Below are positions 1-6,310 of a DNA stretch of 9,403 nucleotides, piece by piece (the stretch's first letter is position 1; each line of letters starts with the position of its first letter). This stretch comes from a virus (Duplodnaviria; Heunggongvirae; Uroviricota; Caudoviricetes): IMG/VR virus record IMGVR_UViG_2531839146_000012; one strand, 5' to 3'. The notes beneath the pieces are model-generated. The model saw only the letters and a list, made by a program, of their open reading frames with translations. It was not told the origin of the DNA and did no database searches. A program made the translations under genes and the position numbers.

Positions 1-395
<395 letters not shown>

Positions 396-404
396 ATCAC
401 CAGT

Positions 405-449
405 AGGCGCATAACACATCCAGCGATCAAAGATGTGTTTATGCGCCTG
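405..449. other. Long inverted repeat / stem-loop between the two convergent small ORFs
   Basis: AGGCGCATAACACATC (405-420) pairs with GATGTGTTTATGCGCCT (433-449) across an 11-12 nt loop. No flanking T-run on either strand, so not a canonical intrinsic terminator. Confidence 0.4.
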
Positions 450-461
450 ATAGTGAAATTA

Positions 462-620
462 TTAAAGTCGTTTAGTTAACATCGCCATTGCTTGAGCAAT
501 AATTGCAACAGCGTCCATCTCTTCACTGGAAGCGATGCAAATGCGGTAACTAATAGCCACAATGAATACATCAATAACGAGAAAGTGAATAGTGTGAAGA
601 TGTTTTGAAAGTAAATGCAT
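462..620 (-). CDS. Small hydrophobic hypothetical protein (52 aa), below the ORF-track cutoff
   Basis: Minus-strand ATG (620-618) with GGAGG 5 nt upstream (complement of CCTCC 626-630); translation MHLLSKHLHTIHFLVIDVFIVAISYRICIASSEEMDAVAIIAQAMAMLTKRL; stop at 464-462. One predicted hydrophobic helix. Confidence 0.3.
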   Translation of the reverse strand: MHLLSKHLHTIHFLVIDVFIVAISYRICIASSEEMDAVAIIAQAMAMLTKRL

Positions 621-713
621 AACTTCCTCCGGTTTTGGGATAGGAGGATTAGAACATGCATTAAATGATGTTGCAAGAATGGCAATTTACCCTAATAGTC
701 TACTATTCACCTC

Positions 714-744
714 AATCTACGTCAACCAATATTTGATGTAGATT
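714..744. promoter_or_regulatory. Near-perfect 12-bp inverted repeat (AATCTACGTCAA-N7-TTGATGTAGATT), operator-like
   Basis: Arms at 714-725 and 733-744 with one mismatch, read directly from the sequence. Confidence 0.3.
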
Positions 745-1014
745 TAATTTTCTTTTAAAAACAATATGTTGTTATTTGTTGAATTTTGGGGTTAGGTTGT
801 TTTTTGAACGTTTTCATCAAGTGTAAAGATACGTTTAGCCTTCATAGTGAGTTCAGTTACTGTCTTTTTCTCTGAAATCGGCGCAAACGTGATCATCGCT
901 TGAGGTTGCTGCTCTTACTTCTCAAATTGTGATGGAGAACGATAAAGGTTAGAGGGCACTTTTATTTTTTTAAGCAAGTGTATAGCATAAGAATAATCTA
1001 AAAAGGGAGGTTAT

Positions 1015-1566
1015 ATGCGCAGGTCTGCATTTGTGAGGATGATGATTTTTACAACGTTGTTTGTAGGGGGAACTTCTACCGCAGTTGCTAAAAACTGCAA
1101 AAAAGGAATACCTTGTGGTAACTCGTGTATAGCTGTTGGTAAGACGTGCCGGATTGGCTCTTATGCCCCTTCATCTTATAAAAATCATTCATACTCTTAT
1201 CCTTCATCCTCTATTCGAAGCTCGCAATCAAATAATTCACGAAAAACTGAAGGAGTGAAAACGACTCCTGCTGCCAAAAATTATCTTTGCCAATACTCTA
1301 TTGCATCAATCGAAAACGGACGTTTAGGGGCATTACGTGTTCAGGGATACGCACAAGTAACTTTATATGCAGATAGCTTCAAGGCTAACAGATTAAATGG
1401 AACATATTTGATATCGCCAAAACTGAATGCTAACGGCAAGTTTATGATGGCAGATGATAAAAGCAAGGTTTATGCTTATGATTCTTGGCTATTAAATTTT
1501 GCAATAAGCGATCGTATCACAAGAACGACAGAACAATGGGATCGATGTAAGCTCAATCAAAAATAA
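1015..1566 (+). CDS. Secreted cysteine-rich hypothetical protein (183 aa) with Sec-type signal peptide
   Basis: GGAGG-containing RBS (1005-1010) before ATG 1015. N-terminus MRRSAFVRMMIFTTLFVGGTSTAVA looks like a signal peptide (basic n-region, hydrophobic core, AVA cleavage motif), followed by a 4-Cys cluster CKKGIPCGNSCIAVGKTC, a Ser/Tyr-rich linker and a C-terminal domain with two more Cys. Confidence 0.75.
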   Translation: MRRSAFVRMMIFTTLFVGGTSTAVAKNCKKGIPCGNSCIAVGKTCRIGSYAPSSYKNHSYSYPSSSIRSSQSNNSRKTEGVKTTPAAKNYLCQYSIASIENGRLGALRVQGYAQVTLYADSFKANRLNGTYLISPKLNANGKFMMADDKSKVYAYDSWLLNFAISDRITRTTEQWDRCKLNQK

Positions 1567-1584
1567 CAGTTAGAGAAGCTCTTG

Positions 1585-1641
1585 TAGAGGCATTATTGAG
1601 TTATTGGTTTTAATATTTTTGTGCCTCTATGGGCTTTTTTT
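1585..1641 (+). terminator. Putative terminator region after the secreted-protein gene
   Basis: TAGAGGCA (1585-1592) pairs with TGCCTCTA (1622-1629), followed by GGGC and a 7-T run (1635-1641). The loop is long, so the structure is non-canonical. Confidence 0.35.
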
Positions 1642-1798
1642 GCCTTTTTGCAAAGTAGGAGAGAGCACAGGAATCGTTAAAATTAATTATTGGGGTATTT
1701 AAGGTTATTTTCAGGTGGTTTAAGGGTATTAAACTTGATTTAATTGATTAAAATATAAACAGATAGTCCTGTATCTTATTGATTTATAAGGTTATTTT

Positions 1799-1855
1799 TA
1801 AATAAAGGTAAATAAAAAATAAATAGCCATAAATAGCTATAAATACATCTAAATA
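1799..1855. repeat. Six TAAATA motifs at 10-11 bp (helical) phasing
   Basis: TAAATA starts at 1799, 1809, 1820, 1830, 1840 and 1850. Confidence 0.6.
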
Positions 1856-2275
1856 CCTTTATCCCTTCCCTTATGGCTAGATTGCGAGAAGTGCTTAACG
1901 CGATTTTCAGCGCCCCCCGATCTGGAAAATCCAGAATCCCCAAATATCAGCAAGGAATTTTCTTGCGTAATCAACATCGTTTTTACCTATTAAATCATCA
2001 CACAGAAAGCCTTTCTGTAATGTCTCTCACTAAACTTTCACTAAACACGAGAATGATCGGTTTTATGTCGGATCAGATGCTAGAAACAGCACCACGTCTC
2101 ACAAGGGCTGTAAGCGATGAAACCAGTGTTTATGCGGGTGCAGGTCAAAATATGGGCCAAAATCCATTTAACATAATAATCGTAATATGCACTAAGGAAC
2201 ACATAGAACGCCTTGAATTGATGTATCAGGGGAAAAGTGATGGATTTTTTACGTAGGAGCACGAGAGGGCTTCTG

Positions 2276-2303
2276 TTGACTTTTGTGTGCTATGAAATAT
2301 AAT
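2276..2303 (+). promoter_or_regulatory. Putative sigma70 promoter firing into the repeat region
   Basis: -35 TTGACT (2276-2281), 16-bp spacer, -10 TATAAT (2298-2303). No ORF follows. Confidence 0.4.
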
Positions 2304-2337
2304 TAAAGGTTTTTTGTTTTTATCGTGTGATGTAGTG

Positions 2338-2780
2338 GATTACACAGGGGGATAGATTAAATGGTGTTCTGTTTATACAGGTTTATTTGTTAGATCAACA
2401 ATTTGGCATTTCTAAACAGATGTTTGAACGTTGCCAAATGTATTGACAACACAAGAAAAGGGCTTGCTATGCCACGCATTACACGGAATAAGGCTGTAAA
2501 AACAAAATAAATTTTAAAATTTGCACAAACGAGAAAACTCGTTCAGAAACAAGCAGAACAATTTTTAGCCAACAATTTCTGATGGTGCTCTGTAAACCGC
2601 ATTACACAAGGCTTTGCGAAAGTGATGTAAAAGTGAAGAAAGCTAACATTGCACTTTGAAGCCATTTTTCATTGGATTTTTTAGTAGGGAATTACACAGG
2701 GAATAGAGAGCATTATTCTATGATTTACACAGGGAATATAGGGGATTATGGCACACACATAGAAAGGCATTACACAGAGT
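2338..2780 (+). repeat. Dispersed direct repeats of G(C/G)ATTACAC(A/G)GG (iteron-like), six copies
   Basis: ATTACAC cores at 2339, 2478, 2601, 2691, 2769 and a TTTACAC variant at 2724, each preceded by G(G/C/A) and followed by (A/G)(G/A)G. Confidence 0.6.
2401..2439. promoter_or_regulatory. Nested imperfect palindrome ATTTGGCA...AAACA-GA-TGTTT...TGCCAAAT, operator-like
   Basis: Outer arms 2401-2408 and 2432-2439 are exact reverse complements; an inner palindrome AAACAGATGTTT lies between them. A TTGACA at 2443-2448 follows. Confidence 0.35.
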
Positions 2781-2808
2781 GAGTGCTATGTGATGATTGG
2801 TAGTAACG

Positions 2809-2843
2809 GTAGGTCACTGTGAGCTACCCCCACAGAATTCTGT
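2809..2843. repeat. Isolated copy of the 22-bp repeat core (GGTAGGTCACTGTGAGCTA) followed by CCCCC and a perfect 12-bp palindrome ACAGAATTCTGT
   Basis: 2809-2827 matches the tandem unit at 3028-3135; the palindrome at 2832-2843 is flanked by TACCCC on both sides. Confidence 0.5.
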
Positions 2844-2883
2844 TACCCCTATCAAGTCTGATACCCGATAAGTATAAATAACA

Positions 2884-2981
2884 CCTAGGAAATGATTTCC
2901 GATCTATTTAGGAAGTAACCTAGGAAGTGGTTTCCTACCTACTTAGGAAATGAGTTCCTACCTACCTAGGAAATGAGTTCC
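2884..2981. repeat. Four CCTAGG-GGAAAT-G-A(T/G)TTCC palindromic sites, the last three at 23-bp pitch
   Basis: GGAAATGATTTCC at 2888-2900 is a perfect odd-length palindrome; GGAAGTGGTTTCC at 2923-2935; GGAAATGAGTTCC at 2946-2958 and 2969-2981. Confidence 0.6.
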
Positions 2982-3006
2982 ACCAATACTATAATTAAAT
3001 AATATA

Positions 3007-3022
3007 AATAATATTCTTTATA
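3007..3022. repeat. Exact 16-bp direct repeat AATAATATTCTTTATA, left copy; right copy at 3184-3199
   Basis: Identical 16-mers at 3007-3022 and 3184-3199 bracket the 22-bp tandem array and its AT-rich flank; both continue with similar (C)TATAT sequence. Confidence 0.55.
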
Positions 3023-3027
3023 CTATA

Positions 3028-3135
3028 TAGCTCACTGTGAACTAGGGGGGGTAGTTCACTATGAGCTAGGGGGTAGGTCATAGTGAGCTAGGGGGTAGGT
3101 CATAGTGAGCTAGGGGGTAGGTCACTGTGAACTAC
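3028..3135. repeat. Five tandem 22-bp repeats (unit about TAGGTCATAGTGAGCTAGGGGG), each with a palindromic TCAC-N-GTGA core
   Basis: Units start near 3028, 3050, 3074, 3096 and 3118 with 22-bp period; the first unit is in inverted orientation (AGCTCACTGTGAACTAG). Followed by an AT-rich stretch with (TA)6 at about 3203-3214. Confidence 0.65.
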
Positions 3136-3324
3136 AATAAGACTATTAATAAAACTATATTAGATTATTAATTAGATCATAATAATAATATTCTTTATAT
3201 CTATATATATATATGATCTTTTGCCTTCCGGCGTTAGCTTCACTCTCTGGCAAGCAGCCTTACTCCGCTACCTTTCGGGCTTCGTGGCTGGCCCGTTCCG
3301 CTCACACCGAAAGCAAAGCGTTAC

Positions 3325-3366
3325 TTTCTTCGTGTAACTATCGTGGCGGTAACGCCCACGAAGAAA
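3325..3366 (+). other. Stable hairpin with GNRA-type tetraloop (GGCG-GTAA-CGCC) nested in a 9-bp outer stem
   Basis: TTTCTTCGTG (3325-3334) pairs with CACGAAGAAA (3357-3366); inner GGCGGTAACGCC at 3345-3356. Sits in a locally GC-richer segment (about 3216-3420). Confidence 0.35.
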
Positions 3367-3600
3367 TACTATTGCGCTGTGCGCAGTAAGAGTAATCACC
3401 TAACCAATCATACTGATTGCTTATGTGTTAACTCTCTCTACTCTTAATTACCCTCCTACATATAATAACTCTGTTATTCTCTGTAGTTGTGTAATTACTC
3501 GAAGAGAGAGCGGCTAAAGCTCAATTACACTCTGCTTTCCTCGTGTAATTTCACTAAGCCTCAATACAATTCCACTTCCTACTTCTGTAGTCGTGTAATT
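3330..3600 (-). repeat. Inverted copies of the ATTACAC motif (CGTGTAAT) plus a 20-bp direct repeat CT(C/T)CTGTAGT(T/C)GTGTAATT
   Basis: GTGTAAT at 3489-3495, 3543-3549 and 3593-3599; GTGTAAC variant at 3333-3339; one direct ATTACAC at 3524-3530. The 20-mers at 3479-3498 and 3582-3600 are near-identical. Confidence 0.5.
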
Positions 3601-3640
3601 GTTTTCGGTGGAAAAGCCAGAGGCGACACCGAAAGAGAAT

Positions 3641-3710
3641 TCTGATCTTATTAATCTTATCTATCTTAGTTAATCTTCTTACTTATCTTACTTTATCTAC
3701 TTTATTATTA
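3641..3710. repeat. Pyrimidine-rich cluster of TTATCT / ATCTT motifs (AGATAA on the minus strand)
   Basis: TTATCT at 3657-3662, 3683-3688 and 3693-3698, plus several ATCT variants. Confidence 0.4.
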
Positions 3711-4220
3711 ATAATAGCTTTATAAGCTCTCTGACGCAAGAAACAGCATTCAGGAAGGGAATCACCTTAGAAAAGGTGTTCTTTGCGTCATAATGTGTTT
3801 TATGAGGGATTCAGAGGTGTTTCATAACAGGAATGTATAGAGGATACTTTAGGTAATTAAAAATAAGGGGTCTAAATGCTTCTCTAACAGCATTAAGCAG
3901 GGTAGGGAATGGAAACGCATTGCCTACACATATAGGCTCACTACAGAGCTTTACAGAGCGTTTTATAAAGTGACTCTCTATCTTATATCTACCATCACCT
4001 TTTCATATACCTAACAAATACAAAATAAGCCCCTTAAATAAGCCTCTGGCGAGCTAAACAGCCATTAGATAAGGGAATGTATTGCTTTTATCAAAATCTC
4101 GTTAGAACGCGTTTTAGAGCGTTTTAGACAATAATGAAGAATAGCACTACACAGAAGAGCACGAATAGCTAAGAAAAAATGTAAGTACATGAAAAAGATC
4201 AGATTTTTTGTGAAAAGGTA

Positions 4221-4249
4221 TTGACAAATGTTTCTTTATATGTAATAAT
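4221..4249 (+). promoter_or_regulatory. Putative sigma70 promoter of the early operon
   Basis: -35 TTGACA (4221-4226), 17-bp spacer, extended -10 TGtAATAAT (4241-4249). It lies about 110 nt upstream of the first gene. Confidence 0.5.
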
Positions 4250-4359
4250 AGGTATTAGAGGGACAGAAAAACATTCTTCTCTAAATAATCAAAATCAATG
4301 CACTTTGAAGCCGTCAGGCTTGCAAGGTGTTTTTCTTTTAACTGAATAAGGAGTTTTTT

Positions 4360-4548
4360 ATGAAATGGTTTACCCCGGAGCACGTCATCTCGGCATTTAA
4401 AAAAGGTGAGCTTACACGCCATCAAGTAGTAATGAATCGTAATATGGCAAGGAGTCGAGGTTATCCAGAGCGAGCAGCTTGCTTCAATGAAGCACTCAAG
4501 ATTATTGATGAATTAAGAAAAAATGAAAAAGAATCTGAAACAGAGTAA
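4360..4548 (+). CDS. Small hypothetical protein (62 aa), first gene of the early operon
   Basis: AAGGAG RBS at 4348-4353, 6-nt spacer, ATG 4360. No family recognised. Confidence 0.6.
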   Translation: MKWFTPEHVISAFKKGELTRHQVVMNRNMARSRGYPERAACFNEALKIIDELRKNEKESETE

Positions 4549-4567
4549 AGAATAGAAGGAGAAAACT

Positions 4568-4735
4568 ATGAGCGAAACCAAGAAACCAATTCCGCGCACT
4601 TACCTACACGTTGACCCTGAAATCTTCAAGGTTTTATTTGCTGAAGCCAAGAAAAGGCAAATTATGGTCAGTGATTTGATGTTAGAAATCATTACTGAAG
4701 CAGCAGAGAACATCAAACAAAAAAAGGGTAAGTGA
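4568..4735 (+). CDS. Ribbon-helix-helix (CopG/Arc/MetJ-like) DNA-binding protein, 55 aa; below the ORF-track cutoff
   Basis: AAGGAG at 4555-4560, ATG 4568, stop TGA 4733-4735. Translation MSETKKPIPRTYLHVDPEIFKVLFAEAKKRQIMVSDLMLEIITEAAENIKQKKGK fits a beta-strand / helix / helix layout typical of RHH proteins. Confidence 0.55.
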   Translation: MSETKKPIPRTYLHVDPEIFKVLFAEAKKRQIMVSDLMLEIITEAAENIKQKKGK

Positions 4736-4786
4736 TCCTCATTCACTTTAGTAGCGCATTAAGCGTGATTTATAAGGAGATTTTTA

Positions 4787-5479
4787 ATGATTAATCAACT
4801 AACTTTTACAAAACACTATGACACGTTTGATAATGTATCAAAGATTTATTCTGATAAATTCCCTCAAGGAAAAGATTTAGATCTATTACATATTGTGCTT
4901 TATTTTCGATTCCTTAGTTATCAGGAAAACAACCTTAATTGTTATGAAAGTCACGAAACATTAGCTAAGATTTTTAAGTCTTCAGCGTCAACAATTAAAC
5001 GTAAGATAAACGATCTTAAAGAGATGGGATTATTAGAAACATCCCCACATCCTGATCCGTATATTTCATCTTTGATTTACAATGCTCTCCCTCTCACAGA
5101 TGCACATATTACTCCCCCAGGAGAATCATCACTCTCTGATCTTTCTGAGGCAGAAGAAGCACAGGAACAACCTAAAGGCCATAAACAGCCTTCTTTTGAT
5201 GTTCTTGATGATGATTGGGATGCGCCTTTACCGTGGGAGACGGAAGAAACACCTGTTTCATCAAGTGAAAAGGTAGCTAATGATAATGAGGAGGATGTGT
5301 TAGAGAATTTTGCCTCTCTTATCATCCGGGAGAAACACAGAAGAACAGGAGGATCATCATTTATAGACTTTGCAAATTCACTGGCTTATAGACACGGGCT
5401 AAAACGACCAAATGGTATTGAGGCATATTTTGCTAAGAAACATCCCAAAGTATATGAAGACTTTGATATTCCATTTTAA
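4787..5479 (+). CDS. Winged-HTH protein (HTH_36 / replisome-organizer-like N-domain), acidic linker, C-terminus ending EDFDIPF
   Basis: AAGGAG at 4774-4779, ATG 4787. The N-terminal ...CYESHETLAKIFKSSASTIKRKINDLKEMGLLE matches the usual winged-HTH pattern of phage/plasmid replication organizers. An acidic low-complexity linker (DDDWDAPLPWETEE...) follows; the last residues are YEDFDIPF, stop 5477-5479. Confidence 0.8.
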   Translation: MINQLTFTKHYDTFDNVSKIYSDKFPQGKDLDLLHIVLYFRFLSYQENNLNCYESHETLAKIFKSSASTIKRKINDLKEMGLLETSPHPDPYISSLIYNALPLTDAHITPPGESSLSDLSEAEEAQEQPKGHKQPSFDVLDDDWDAPLPWETEETPVSSSEKVANDNEEDVLENFASLIIREKHRRTGGSSFIDFANSLAYRHGLKRPNGIEAYFAKKHPKVYEDFDIPF

Positions 5480-5490
5480 TAAGGAGGGTT

Positions 5491-5769
5491 ATGATTCAAT
5501 ATTTAGTAAAAAATCAAGTAGACAGAATTCAGTGTAATGACACAGGAAAACGCATCTATGAAACACTTGCTTACCTCTATAAAGGAAAGCCAACACCGCT
5601 AAAATATAGCGATGTGTTACATCGAGCAGGGTGCTCTGAAGATGGTTTAAAATTCTGGCTGAAACAGCTATCAAATTTCGGTGTTATTGAGATTAAAGAA
5701 TTATCTTTCTCTACATTCAATCTCAAAAGACTAAATAGAGAAATAGACTTCATCTATTCCACTCTCTAA
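5491..5769 (+). CDS. Small hypothetical protein (92 aa), possible winged-HTH
   Basis: AAGGAGGG RBS at 5481-5488, ATG 5491; tightly packed after the previous gene. Confidence 0.7.
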   Translation: MIQYLVKNQVDRIQCNDTGKRIYETLAYLYKGKPTPLKYSDVLHRAGCSEDGLKFWLKQLSNFGVIEIKELSFSTFNLKRLNREIDFIYSTL

Positions 5770-5898
5770 AATCTCTCTATGTAATTAAAATATAAAAGGA
5801 AAACATTATTATGATAGTAGCTATGTATTGGTTATTGTTCTTTCTCACGTTAGAAACATATTTCGGGGTGTTTTCCTTTAAAAGAAAAGGAAAAGTAA

Positions 5899-6309
5899 AT
5901 GGCAAAAAGAAAAAACAACGTTGTTAAGAAGATCGGTGATTCAGCTTCTCTTCTAAGTAAACCTAAATCTATTCTAAGACGTAAAGACTTTAAAGAGCTA
6001 GTTACGCTCTCCAAGCAAAATAGCGCCCCTGGCGAATGGAAAACAGAGATCATAGAACATTCTCCCTCTGTGCCTTGTGGAGATGAATTTAACGCCTTAC
6101 AAGAAATCTTATCTTCAACACCTGGCGTATTCTGGAAACCTAGAAAAAGAAAAGAGTATATTGTTGATAGCTCTGATTTACGCAAATACCAGATTTTAGG
6201 ATTTGAAGACTACAACCACTACGTCGGTTATCTCGCCACAAATGGCCTAAATAATTTAGTTCCTGAATTCCAAATTTTAGATAATGCAGATCACTATGGA
6301 GACTTTTAA
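5899..6309 (+). CDS. Hypothetical protein (136 aa) with Lys/Arg-rich N-terminus, ending ...HYGDF
   Basis: Purine-rich RBS (AAAGGAAAAG) before ATG 5899. N-terminus MAKRKNNVVKKIGDSASLLSKPKSILRRKDFKEL. Confidence 0.65.
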   Translation: MAKRKNNVVKKIGDSASLLSKPKSILRRKDFKELVTLSKQNSAPGEWKTEIIEHSPSVPCGDEFNALQEILSSTPGVFWKPRKRKEYIVDSSDLRKYQILGFEDYNHYVGYLATNGLNNLVPEFQILDNADHYGDF

Positions 6310-6310
6310 T

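Noticed and set aside
405-449. The long hairpin as a bidirectional intrinsic terminator
   Set aside because: No U-run follows on either strand; retained only as a structural feature.
476-685. Track ORF of 69 aa on the minus strand
   Set aside because: Low-complexity translation with no RBS. A different minus-strand frame (462-620) has a strong GGAGG RBS and is the better candidate.
1873-2256. Track ORF of 127 aa on the plus strand (and overlapping minus-strand ORF 2080-2262)
   Set aside because: No RBS, implausible composition and a mutually overlapping antisense ORF. Treated as non-coding or a possible pseudogene remnant.
3028-3135. Tandem 22-bp repeats as a CRISPR array
   Set aside because: Units are directly adjacent with no spacers, the period is 22 bp, and no cas genes are present. 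This is an iteron or centromere-type tandem repeat, not CRISPR.
3216-3320. tRNA or tmRNA in the GC-rich block
   Set aside because: No T-loop (GTTCRANYC) or acceptor-stem/CCA arrangement could be found by eye.
3213-3389. 58-codon ORF in the GC-rich block
   Set aside because: No RBS ((TA)n directly upstream) and an Ala/Ser/Leu/Arg-rich translation typical of GC-rich non-coding sequence.
5077-5325. Two ORFs nested inside the 230-aa gene (5077-5325 minus, 5082-5276 plus)
   Set aside because: Fully embedded in a well-supported gene, out of frame or antisense, with no RBS.
5489-6185. Minus-strand ORFs 5489-5674 and 5850-6185
   Set aside because: Antisense to well-supported plus-strand genes with good RBSs, and no translation signals of their own.
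6284-6310. Upstream start (6284) proposed by the track for the acidic protein gene
   Set aside because: It would overlap the preceding gene by 26 nt and lacks an RBS. ATG 6311 follows GGAG and the upstream stop.
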